Below the pieces are notes generated by a model. It saw only the letters and a program-made list of their open reading frames with translations, had not been told where the DNA came from and made no database searches. This document shows positions 42,570 through 55,125 of a stretch of DNA of 64,000 bases, piece after piece (the first letter of the stretch is position 1; each line of letters starts with the position of its first letter). Both the position numbers and the translations under genes were made by a program. Origin of the DNA: Pecten maximus (taxonomy: Eukaryota); the NCBI RefSeq assembly GCF_902652985.1, contig NC_047028.1, positions 15,624,001-15,688,000 of the forward strand, given 5' to 3'.

Positions 42570-43013
42570 ACAAGAGATCCCAGAGGGATTTTGATACCCA
42601 CGATTGAATGATTTTCATAGGTTCTATGTCAGACTTGGTACCCACCATTGAACGATCTTTATTGGTTCTATGTCAGACTGATCTTCTTTTTGTTTTTCTG
42701 ATTAAAAATCTAAATTGTATTGGCACAATTAGGGACCTATACACATGAAGTTTGAGGAATGTCCCTCCAGTACTTTCCAGAAATAGCTATAACAAACTTC
42801 AGGTTCTCAAAATCCAAGATGGCTGCCTGTCAGCCATTTTGTTTCTCTGATTAAATTCTAAATTGAACTGTAACAACTAGGGACCAAGGGGAAAGATTGA
42901 GAAATAGCACTCTAGTACTTTTCAAGAAATAGCGATAACGAGGATTATTTACGGATAGACGATGGAGGGACTACGGATACAGGGCAAATTGAATCTGATG
43001 ATGGTCGGCTGAA
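42570..43013. mobile_element. Helentron-associated interspersed element (HINE/pearl-like)
   Basis: Starts acaagagatcccagaggga. Two internal ~149-bp repeats (42692, 42841) with caagatggctgcc/gccattttg and atgaagtttga between them. Degenerate (GACG)n tract at about 42950-42980; ends gatgatggtcggctg. This is the architecture of bivalve HINEs. Confidence 0.65.
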
Positions 43014-43666
43014 TATATCAGGTAACTTATTCACAGGTAAATGTCATAACTAGCTGGAAAATATCAGGTAACTTATTTACAGGTACACATGGTTATTGTG
43101 AAGAAAATAATGAAGCTAAATTTTTTGCCAGAATTTAAAAAAAGACTTCAGATGGAATTTTTGAAATTATAAACCTGTTCCACCTCCAAAATGAGTATAT
43201 CTGGATCATTAAAGACAACTGGATAAATTTAAGACTTGGATCCAGTAGCTCAAATACAAATCAACTTAACACTAAATTCTAATTCAATATTATTACATTT
43301 AGAAAAAAAGGAAAGACAAAATAATTAAAAACTTAAATTTCATGAGCAGTGATTCAAAATTATTATCAAGAAAGGAAATATAAAATCACAAAATTTTCAA
43401 ACTATTTCTCAAAAGCTGCATTTTGAAAATTTGTGCAAAGGGCTTGTAAACTAACAAAGCTTTGAAAAATATAAAAGTTATGTAATCAGTCTTACAAATA
43501 AATTTGACACTACTGATGCTGTTCTGTGTTATACAATACTTTAATTATATATGGTATTAAATTCACAAAAGCTTTTCCAGTTTTGATTGATATATATTCC
43601 TTATATATATATACATATATCATGAGAGTAATGACAGCACCTATCCCAACACAGAAATGTACAGTA

Positions 43667-45488
43667 CGTTACTCATCCTGGTGTGTCCGTGTGATAATCA
43701 TGAACACACGTTACTCATCCTGGTGGGTCCGTGTGATAATCATGAACACACGTTACTCATCCTGGTGTGTCCGTGTGATAATCATCCTGGTGTGTCCGTG
43801 TGATAATCATCCTGGTGTGTCCGTGTGATAATCATCCTGGTGTGTCCGTGTGATAATCATCCTGGTGTGTCCGTGTGATAATCATCCTGGTGTGTCCGTG
43901 TGATAATCATCCTGGTGTGTCCGTGTGATAATCATGAATACACGTTACTCATTCTAGTGTGTCCGTGTGATAATCATGAACACACGTTACTCATCCTGGT
44001 GTATCCATGTGATACTCATGAATACACGTTACTCATTCTAGTGTGTCAGTGTGATAATCATGAACACACGTTACTCATCCTGGTGTGTCCGTGTGATACT
44101 CATCCTGGTGTGTCCGTGTGATAATCATGAATACACGTTACTCATCCTGGTGTGTCCGTGTGATACTCATCTTGGTGTGTCCGTGTGATAATCATCCTGG
44201 TGTGTCCGTGTGATAATCATCCTGGTGTGTCCGTGTGATAATCATCCTGGTGTGTCCGTGTGATAATCATCCTGGTGTGTCCGTGTGATAATCATCCTGG
44301 TGTGTCCGTGTGATACTCATCCTGGTGTGTCCGTGTGATACTCATCCTGGTGTGTCCGTGTGATAATCATCCTGGTGTGTCCGTGTGATACTCATCCTGG
44401 TGTGTCCGTGTGATAATCATGAATACACGTTACTCATTCTAGTGTGTCCGTGTGATAATCATGAACCCACGTTACTCATCCTGGTGTGTCCGTGTGATAC
44501 TCATCCTGGTGTGTCCGTGTGATAATCATGAACCCACGTTACTCATCCTGGTGTGTCCGTGTGATACTCATCCTGGTGTGTCCGTGTGATAATCATGAAC
44601 ACACGTTACTCATCCTGGTGTGTCCGTGTGATACTCATCCTGGTGTGTCCGTGTGATAATCATGAACACACGTTAATCATCCTGGTGTGTCCGTGTGATA
44701 ATCATCCTGGTGTGTCCGTGTGATACTCATCCTGGTGTGTCCGTGTGATAATCATCCTGGTGCGTCCGTGTGATAATCATCCTGGTGTGTCCGTGCGTCC
44801 GTGTGATAATCATCCTGGTGCGTCCGTGTGATAATCACCCTGGTGTGTCCGTGTGATAATCATCCTGGTGTGTCCGTGTGATAATCATCCTGGTGTGTTC
44901 CTTTTGTGATATCCATCTGGTGTGACCGTGTGAACTCATCCTGGTGGTCCGGGTGTGATAATCATCCTGGTGCGTCAGTGTGCCATGGATAATCATCCGG
45001 TGGTATCATGAACACACGTTACTCATCCTGGTGTGTCCGTGTGATAATCATCCTGGTGTGTCCGTGTGATAATCATCCTGGTGTGTCCGTGTGATAATCA
45101 TGAACACACGTTACTCATCCTGGTGTGTCCGTGTGATACTCATCCTGGTGTGTCTGTGTGATAATCATGAACACACGTTACTCATCCTGGTGTGTCCGTG
45201 TGATACTCATCCTGGTGTGTCCGTGTGATAATCATGAACACACGTTACTCATCCTGGTGTGTCCGTGTGATAATCACCCTGGTGTGTCCGTGTGATAATC
45301 ACCCTGGTGTGTCCGTGTGATAATCACCCTGGTGTGTCCGTGTGATAATCACCCTGGTGTGTCCGTGTGATAATCATCCTGGTGTGTCCGTGTGATAATC
45401 ATCCTGGTGTGTCCGTGTGATAATCATCCTGGTGTGTCCGTGTGATAATCATGAACACACGTTACTCATCCTGGTGTGTCCGTGTGAT
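43667..45488. repeat. Minisatellite of interspersed 25-bp and 41-bp units
   Basis: atcatcctggtgtgtccgtgtgata with or without an atcatgaacacacgtt module. Confidence 0.97.
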
Positions 45489-47963
45489 TAAACATTAAAC
45501 CAGGACTGAGAGGAAACTGAGGGATTGATAAGAAAAACAAGCAAAATGGACCTTACCTGAAATTTAAGGTTTGGTAGCATTTATAGTAGTGGACCCTTTT
45601 ATCGAATTTACTGAATTTATATGATGTATTAGACCTAATAATTGCACTGTACTTACACAAACACAAAAGGGGTGCGCTTTATGAAACCAAAATATGTACT
45701 AGGAAAGATTTTCTGTATGAAATTTGAGGGGAAAAAACCCTTCTTTTTTCATTTAAATTTTATGCAGTGAAAACAATCTCTAGTCTTTGGTAAAAGACTA
45801 AAGGTTGTATTATATTGACAGATAACTTAGGTAATTAATAAACTTTTTATCTGTTTCAATTAGGAAACCCATCTTCTTTTCTTCTTTTTAGCGACAGATT
45901 CGTTTATTAGGTAGTATATGTAGATGTAATGCATTGAGGTTTTATGTATGTAAATTAAATGTATTACATTGAGGTTTTATGTATGTAAATTAAATGTATT
46001 ACATTGAGATTTTATAGAGTGAGCTCCCCTTAATTCAGGATTCTTGGAGTACATTTCTGGAGCTCTACAACTTCTAATAAATATATATAGTTACCAAATT
46101 AATTATATTATTTTCAACGAATCCATTATCGAACAAATCACAGTCTAGCCAACCTGTCACTTTCTCCCACCATCTATACAGTCTTGGAGACTTTAAACCC
46201 TAATTAATGACACCATTATGAAGACTACTTTGTAAAGACATTAATCCAGGCCTACAGACAAGCCCATCTGATTAGGTTTTATTGAATGCGCATAAATCAC
46301 GGCTGCTTACCAAGACACAGGCTCACAGCCAGAGGAAACATTCAGTTACCACGGTAATCAACATTGGCGACCTCAACATCATTAGAGAGTTCCAAACAAG
46401 GGCAGAGAACTGATCCATCACAAAATGCCAATATCACAGATTGACCTACTGGAGATGTTTTGTGTGTGAAGAACAAAAAAGACAATGTGTGCCTACGATA
46501 TATCATCCTGGCTTTAATACATGCCAGCAGAGGAAGGGAATTCTTCTATAGCTCCACAATGTATCATTCTGCATTGTCAATTGCATTCCTGTGCTGAGAT
46601 GGTTAAGGCTGGATATTTCAGACAATTTCTAGTGTATAAATTCCAAAGTTAAACTAATGATCTGAGATATTGATCCTCATTTCCAGCAATCTCTTGGCAG
46701 AGATCCTTTTAGCTGTGACAATTGTGATCAAGTTCCCTTAGGTTTTCAACTTGCCCTCAACATAACTCTACTAGTGTCAAATGTTGCATAGTTTTCAGCG
46801 GAAACAGAAAGCAAGTGTCGGATCAACCCCGGTAACAGAACACACAAAAAACTCATTATTCTGCAATAAGCTGATTGAAAAATATCAATTTACTTGCGAT
46901 TGTTATCCCAGTCCATAATGCTAATGTGCCTTTCTCCTTTGACTGTACATAAAGCAAATCACCCGAGTCGATCTGGGGATAGCCGATAATCCAAGTGATT
47001 TATGGGAAATTACCGTAAATGGAAATTTCACGACAACATTGTAGAATGTCCGCAGCAACAATCAAACCACTAACATGTAGCGCGATGATTCACCTTTCTC
47101 CAATTTTATTTTTATCTTTAAATTTTTATTTTTTTTCCCTTTTAGATTCATCCGGAATGTTTCCAAACATTCTGCATGATTCAGACAGGTTTTTTTTGTT
47201 TCACCAGTCTCTTGCTATCACCAATTCATTAATTTTGATAAAATTCATTTAAGCGTTAACGATCAATGCAACCTATGTTTTGATGAATATACCCAGACCA
47301 TGTTTGAGGTCGTGAATCATTCCAGCCAAGCTAATCACCTATGTATTGGAAAAATAAAAAACAGGTTTGTGATCAATGGATCAGCCAACAATGAACAATA
47401 CACCCTATTCGATAAAAGGTCTTGCTATGTCAATTGACAGATTGATGTAAGTTGGATCGGAATCCATGTTTTTATACTTCACTTGGCATGAACTGATGGC
47501 TGCTAGACATGGACCCATAATTCTCACCGCGCAATTTCCTGAAAAAAATATTGCACAGTCACAGTCATAGATATGCATCCAGGGATCGACCAAAGGTTGG
47601 AAATGGACATCAAGTGTTTCCAAATGTTCTTAGAGCGAGGGATGATGAGGGCAGCAAAGGGTGACAACTCTGTAGACACATTTGTTACGCGCATGTCAAA
47701 ATCTTGTTTGAAACCTAGCTAATTTATTACAGGGTTGGCACTCCTTGGTTTTATGAGTGATTACGTGTGCAAGCATGTACATTAAATTCTGTTGTTTTTT
47801 TATACAACAAATTAGTGAAGAAATTATGGTACTTCACATGCTTTTATGGATCTTGGAGGATATTAATGGCTTTAAGCATCCTTCTGAAAAAGACAAATGT
47901 CTTGGTCAGAGAGATGTTTTCAATCAACCATACATCCTCAGGACTTGATTAATTTGAATCAAT

Positions 47964-47977
47964 GTTACCATGGTAAC
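47964..47977. promoter_or_regulatory. RFX X-box motif (perfect palindrome)
   Basis: GTTACCATGGTAAC within the 16-bp palindrome TGTTACCATGGTAACA. Confidence 0.5.
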
Positions 47978-48358
47978 ACATCTTATGCAATGGACAAGTT
48001 TGTAGAATCAGGAGGAAGGCTATATTAGACACCATCCCAGATTTTATATCTATCAATTATCTTAAGCCCACACAACCTGGCATTCCAACATCTTCATGAA
48101 AAGTAGAGAAATTCTAATCAAACTAATCGTTATTATCTGTGTCATTGGAAGGTCTACATCACAAATCAGAATCATAGATTTAGTAACTATGAAATATAAA
48201 CATGTATTCCATTTTGAGAGACTTGCTGTCCCCTCAATGCTCCTCCTTACTGTTGGCCCAGAGGAACAGAAATTGTTGAGTTGTTTAGTCTCCAACAGCG
48301 TTACATCAGAAAGTGACATGGTAATGAATGACAGGTTAATTCAACCCTCTTACCTTAC

Positions 48359-48480
48359 CTTGTCTGAATCATCGTTAACAAGGACAACAGCACAGAAACC
48401 TTTTATAACACTAGAGTTATTATTGTGGGAAGACTGAAAGTTCCTGAGAAAATCCTGAAAATGTCGGTCATTGGTTACAG
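48359..48480 (-). CDS. Candidate 122-nt internal exon (VTNDRHFQDFLRNFQSSHNNNSSVIKGFCAVVLVNDDSDK)
   Basis: Acceptor ttttttattttcttacctag|CTGTAA and donor GACAAG|gtaagg (second donor 5 nt further). One of three frames is fully open (phase 1 in, phase 0 out). Confidence 0.5.
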
Positions 48481-50998
48481 CTAGGTAAGAAAATAAAAAA
48501 TTTAACTTGATTTGATATCAATTATATTTCAGATCATCACTATACTGTCTCCTTAAATCAACTTTTTAAAAATTTTACTGACAAAATATGATGAATCTTT
48601 CACCAATCCAGGTTATTATAGTTTTAAGGTGACAGTCCATTTCAACAGAATTAGAAATTCAGCAATATATAGAAAAATTATCAGATTAAAAAGATGAAGT
48701 TTGAAATGCTTTTCCTGACCATATTTATCTGCCAAATAAGTTACCGCCCACTAAATAAGCCTCTTTCTACAGTTTTGCAGGACCATCAATTTTAAAATAG
48801 TTAACTAAAAGTGCTTAACAATTAAGACCTCCCCAAACTTTAAAACTTGATTGTGAAGATTGACTATGTTGTACATATGGTCAGGGACTGATGAAGTACT
48901 GGGCTAAAGTGTTCATTAGGTCAAATACATGTACCAGAAATGTAGTTTTAAAGCTTTCTTGTTATAATGATATAAAATATTCACATGATATTAAAATCAG
49001 TGTGAAGAGTTGAGTTGATAGCACAGGGAGATGGGCTTTAATCCTATATATTTTTTTATTAGTAGACTTAGGGAAATAAAAGTGTCGTTAGATAGGTAAA
49101 TCCACGCTGTGAGGGAGGAAGATACTCTGGTACATTGTGAGGTAACACAACCTGGGAATGACTTGAGGAGTCCTGGGGCGTTTTAATGAGGTTGCCAGCA
49201 TGCCTCTCATACAGAGTCTGGCCCAGCTCCACCATCAGTCAAACTGTTATGTAGCAATGACATGAGAAGTGAAGCTTTCAGTTCAAACAATTTACTACCA
49301 GAGAGGTCCACAAAGGGGGACTACTCTAACATCAGATTTTTACAATTCAAAGATACATGTTTTGCTTTAAATCTCAAGAACTAAGTATTATGGATAATTA
49401 ATTTCATCAATGTAAGATAGAGAGATACAGAAAGTGTGACAGTAAGTTTTGCAGAAAGGCAAACCTTTGTCAGCTCAAAATACATTTTCTGTGCCACTGC
49501 TTATCACTGCCCCCTTGAATAGTGGGTTAGATAAAGACTCACAGCTTCATGATTACTGAAATGGCTAGCTAGAAAGTTATGGGGCCCATTACTCAACCTA
49601 ATTCAATATGCCATGGGCTTTACATGAAAAATTCCCCGACAAGACTTCCTCCACTCAAGAAGTCTGTGTAAAGAAGTCGGACTATTCTGCATATAGGTAT
49701 ACAAGTCTGCCATGCATGACACCTCTAAGATGGTTTTTTGGCTGCAAATGTCATCATTTCAGATGGAAAAACTTCACCATGTAAATCTTACAGACAAGTA
49801 TATGTTCTCCATATGCGAATAAAACTCGAAAACAAATCGTTTATAGCACTGGAAAAAAATACATGTCTTCTTGCTAAATACTGTATGCATATTCGCTCTG
49901 GCAAAATGCCTCTACAATAGCAAAGCCTATTTAAAGCTTTGTTGAATATCTGAGATACAATTAAATATCTCTCTCTTAAAATGGGTTTATTTGCAAAAGA
50001 TTGAGAAAGTTGAACAAAGTTAATTCCAAAATGGAAGAAACACCTTTGAGTGGATAAATTCTTGGTAATAAGGTCAAGTGCCTCCGGACCAGCAGCTGGG
50101 CCAATAATAAAATCAGTTTTGGATACAGTACTTTAACGGCCTGTAAGCTGTTAGTGGTAATGTGGAGTATCTATTAACAATTCGATCATGTTAATTTGGT
50201 TTTTATGTCGAGTTGAGACTAAATACCAATCAGTCGCTGTACAAGCCACTAGGTCAGACAGTTTAACTATTCTTAGCACTTAATGTAACTAGGCTGTCGC
50301 AATCACAACCTTACATACCGCGGTATCACTTTATGTTGAAAATTGCCAAATCTTAGTGTTAAAGAAACATTTTTATTTTGAGCACAGATAGTGACAATAA
50401 TTAGGTCACATAATGATGTCCACAACATCAGTAGCGTACTTATTATGTTCCATATCTCATTTCAAAATAGCATAATATATCGGTTTGGGAAAGAAGAGAA
50501 CCTTTTCTAAATTTCATCTACCTTGAAATTGAGGTTAAATTTCCATATTTATCCTCAAAAAAGTCCCCCTCCCTTTTGTAAAGTTGTGGAGGCCTCATTT
50601 GTTGACCACTTTTTGCTTATATGTTGGCAGGGCCTTATTTGCAGATAAATACAATATTATAATTAATTACAGTTTTAAAAAGGCTATCTAAACCTTGTTA
50701 TGAACCAAGTAGCCAAGTGACAAGACACCCAACACCAATTGATTTGAGCCTTATTCAATCTGTACCAGATTTCACCATCATATATATCTGCTTCTTGATT
50801 CTTAACTAGCATTGCTTTCCATCCAAGAACATCTTCTATAGAACCATAATGCTATATATCATTCTTTAAATTCTTCTTGATTTTCAAGCAAATTTAACAA
50901 ATTGTGATTCATAAGAGACACTATCTAACAACAGAGGTTCACATACTGAAGGTTAAAATATCAAAATAAAAAAAAAAAAATATAGAAATATGTGGTTA

Positions 50999-51705
50999 AG
51001 GGCAGAGGCCAGAATCAGAATTTGAATATACACGACCATTTCTGTAGTCCCACCAAATTAAAAATTGAACTATATGTAACAGGGCAGAGACCAGAATCAG
51101 AATTTGGAGCTAAACAACCATTTCTCTAGTCCCACCAAAAATTAGAAATTGGACTTTGTGTTGGAGGGCAGAGACAAGAATCGGTTTGGTTTGGTTTATT
51201 TTGTTTAACAGCCCTTTAACAGCCATGATCATTTAAGGATGTGCCAGGTTTTGGAGGTGGAGGAAAGCCGGAGTACCCGGAGAAAAGCCACCGGCCTACG
51301 GTCAGTACCTGGCAACTGCCCCACGTAGGTTTCAAACTCGCAATCCAGAGGTGGAGAGCTAGTGATAAAGTGTCGGGACACCTTACCCACTGGACCACCG
51401 CGGCCCCCACAAGAATTGGAATCAGACCTACATGACCAGTCTGCAGTCCCACCAAGTTAGAAATTGGACTTTGAGGTGGAGGGCAGAGATAAGAATCAGA
51501 ATTTGGACCTATATGGCCCCCTTTGTAGTCCCACCAAGTTAAAAATTGGACTTTGAGGTGGAGGGCAGAGAATCAGAATTTGGACCTATATGGCCCCTTT
51601 TGTAGTCCCACCAAGTTAGAAATTGGACTTTGAGGTGGAGGGCAGAGATAAGAATCAGAATTTGGACCTATATGGCCCCCTTTGTAGTCCCACCAAGTTA
51701 GAAAT
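50999..51705. repeat. About 80-bp tandem repeat interrupted by a SINE
   Basis: agggcagagataagaatcagaatttggacctatatggcccc..tgtagtcccaccaagttagaaattggactttgaggtgg. Confidence 0.9.
51185..51408 (-). mobile_element. tRNA-derived V-domain SINE, full length (copy 1)
   Basis: Head GGGGCCGCGGTGGTCCAGTGG, B-box GAGTTTGAAACC, V-like domain TTCTCCGGGTACTCCGGCTTTCCTCC, (AAACC)n tail. TSD acaagaat(c/t)gg at 51174-51184 and 51409-51419. Near-identical to 57877-58103. Confidence 0.9.
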
Positions 51706-53034
51706 AGGAGACTCTACAGTATTGGGGACATAGTCAGATATCTGAGGCTGACCCAGCAGGACTCCCAGCCATTGAGCCATAGTGTCAGAAGACTACTGCT
51801 GGGGGTCATCCCAGAATCCATAAAGTCTCCATCTTGTGTGTAATTTAATGGTTTAGACTTCATGGTCATAAGTCACACAAACAAAGATCCCAGGCCGATC
51901 TATATGTTTACCAGGCCACCTTTATCTAAACTTGTTTATATATAAATACACACGTTTTAGATCAATCCAAAAAGTGAAAAGCATGAGATAAGAAGTTTTT
52001 GATAAAGAAAAAAAAGAAATGACTAAAATATATGCCAACACTTTGATAACATTGTGTATTCAGTTAGGGAACCAAGGTGGTGTTTTTTTTCTTATTAAAT
52101 GGTCAAAATTATCATATCACATTCTATAACAGATAAAATAGTCTGGAAAATTGGCATATTTATAAAATAAAATTGTATTAGTTCTATCTAATTCTGACAT
52201 TTTCCCTTTCCTGTTGAATAAATATACAAAACGCTTAATTCGTAAAGTTCCAGAAAGATAAAAACAAGAATTTGTAATACCATTATACATATAAGAAAGA
52301 AAATCATCACATACTTCTTCCAACAAGATTGTCCTGTCAAAAACATAAAGCAAGCTATTTAAATGCAATAAAAGTTTCAAAAAAATAAATTAAAAAGCTG
52401 TTTACTGATCAGGATTTAAAACATCGTCATGACCGAGATCATGTGATGAAGGTTGCTAAGTTAATGAATAGAATATGAGCATGTTGTGGTTTGCGCTGTA
52501 GTTGTGAGTCATCGCCATGCCTTTTTATCATTATCTTCCAATATACACGTCTCAGTAATGCTATAAAAAATTCTTGCTTTTTTTTAAGCAGAAGAAATCT
52601 GCATTAAAATAAATGGTGCATAATTGCATTACCTTCGTGTAGACAAACATATTTTAAATATGACCATACATAACTGAATCATCTCCCGATAATATTTTGG
52701 AAAAAACTCAACAAACCTGATTGTCCAGTTTGAGAGCCTTTGGTAACAGGCTATACAAATCTTACTCATAATGATATGAAAATATTGTTAACAATCGAAA
52801 TTGAAAACTGGACCATAAAGTTGCCAACATGTCAACCATTACTACTTCAGTATTAAATACTCATGAGAGTGCCAGCTTTTTTTTAAGATGATGTCAAATA
52901 CTGAAAGACTAAATATAATTAAATTACCATAACGTAAAATTCAACATAATCATTTCTGTGCTCCACAATTACAAGTTGAGTCCACTCAATGCTGACAATA
53001 TGGATAGCCCCTGTATGTTCTATTGTTTTCACAA

Positions 53035-53746
53035 TACTGTATTCAACCTAATAAGTGTACCGTGTGCTTACAAAACACAAAAGGTCTGTGTGTTTAATAA
53101 AACCATGCACAGGGAAATCTGGTTGGAAAAAAACAGCTTTTTTGTTTTCATTTACTTATATATTTATATATATGCTGTGAAAATAATCTTGTCTTTGGTT
53201 AAAATACTGAAGATAATATTGGCAGATCTGTGAGGTAAGGAACTTTTTATAAACAAAAATACACTCTTTTCCTGAAAAACGGAGGAGCATGCTGATGGGG
53301 GCAGGTGCTCTTATTAGGTTGAATATGGAGTGGCAGGTGCTCTTATTAGGTTGAATATGGAGGGGCAGGTGCTCTTATTGGATTGAATATGGAGGGGCAG
53401 GTGCTCTTATTATGTCAAATATGGAGGGGCAGGTGCTCTTATTATGTCAAATATGGAGGGGCAGGTGCTCTTATTGGATCGAATATGGAGGGGCAGGTGC
53501 TGTTATTAGGTTGAATATGGAGGGGCAGATGCTCTTATTGGGTCGAATATGGAGGGGCAGGTGCTCTTATTGGATCGAATATGGAGGGGCAGATGCTCTT
53601 ATTGGGTTGAATATTCAGGGGCAGGTGCTCTTATTGGGTCGAATATGGAGGGGCAGATGCTCTTATTGGGTTGAATATGGAGGGGCAGGTGCTCTTATTG
53701 GGTCGAAAATGGAGGGGCAGATGCTCTTATTGGGTCGAATATGGCA
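53035..53746. mobile_element. Tigger/pogo-like MITE whose right TIR is tandemly amplified (32-bp unit, about 14 copies, 53298-53744)
   Basis: Left end TA-CTGTATTCAACCTAATAAG. Repeat unit ggggcaggtgctcttattaggttgaatatgga contains the exact 16-nt reverse complement (53040-53055 vs 53310-53325). Confidence 0.8.
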
Positions 53747-55125
53747 ACAGTGGCTATATAGATTAAACTAAATTTAAAAGTTTTTATATCTACTAGTAAA
53801 CAAATGATTCTGATTTTTCCTTAAATTCCTTTAGTTCATAAACAATTTTTTCTTTCTGGCATTGCAAAATTTTGTAACAAACATTTTAGATATACGATAT
53901 ATATATTACCCCCACATTACGGCCCTGGTTATATGGTCGTTAAGATGTAATAATGTTGGTAAGACGAGCCTTCATTGCATACCAACAAAATATGTGCAGC
54001 TGTGTAATTTGAAACAACCATCAGAGACACTATCAGTTTTTGTCCCACGGAAGGAAATTATTTTACTTTTTATGAGTTAAAAGTAAAGACACTTTTACTG
54101 ACATTTTCAACTGCCTCTAAGTTTTAAATTAGAGAACAGCAATATCTATAACCAAAGTAATTTTGTGTCTGTGGTTTAAAAATTGCAACAGTTTCACAAT
54201 GAACCTTTGGGAAACAAGTACAGGGATATGGAAAACACATTTTTTATTTTGTTGCTAAAGCATCTCCATCAGACCAGTAATATAAAGATTTCCTGTCTAG
54301 ACAGAGCAAATGGTGTTAAGTAAAGTTTAAAAACAGTAAGAGTTAACTTAACAGCTATTGAAAAACTGATGATGTTCTTATCTCTACCATCACTTTAGAG
54401 ATGAATTCAAATGCACCATTACAGCATAGAAAATTTTGATCTTTTAAGAAAAATACAAACTGGATTTTTGTTTTCTCTGGAATTTGAAATTTTTCATTTT
54501 ATATTGAACATATCTGCAGCAAAAATGAAATTTGAATATTATAATCATTTTTGAATTTAAGTGTTTAGTTTAATACAATAAACTTTAAGCACCAAAATTG
54601 ACTCAGCATTAAGTAAATTACTATCAGTAAATCACGTCTGAATACACTTTCGGTACACACATGGAACAAAGAATCTCCATGTTTGTTTTGTGTTTCTCTT
54701 GTGCATGCATTTTCTGCAGTTGACGTCCTGTTCATGACAGCACAGCATGATAGAACATTATTTACGGCATTAAAAAACATGGAAAAAACATCACCTGCTC
54801 CTACGAGGAATCACTACATATAAAAACAATATTTATGCATATTTAAGGGAGTAAATGTGTAAAATTCAATGCCTTTTTCACACATTGGATACAATAAAAC
54901 TGCAAAGATCAGCTGCACATTTTAAATCTAAAGTTCCCAGTTGTAACAGCCCTGCTTCTCACAGAGGTCAAAGGCTAACCTTGAGCAAATGCGTCAATGT
55001 CTCCATGTTTGTGTCGTGTCAACAAACAGCAGCGCCCTCTGTTGTGAATTATAATCTTTCTATTTGACAATAGTTGGGCTTCCTCTGTGGATTACAAGAG
55101 CATTATCAAGATGTTAAGACACATT

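Noticed and set aside
48096-48490. 113-aa plus-strand ORF and plus donor ctag|gtaaga
   Set aside because: No recognisable protein; overlaps the better-supported minus exon, whose acceptor uses the same CTAG
4815-54605. AP-1 (TGASTCA) sites
   Set aside because: About nine seen, close to a rough chance expectation of 7-8 for this composition
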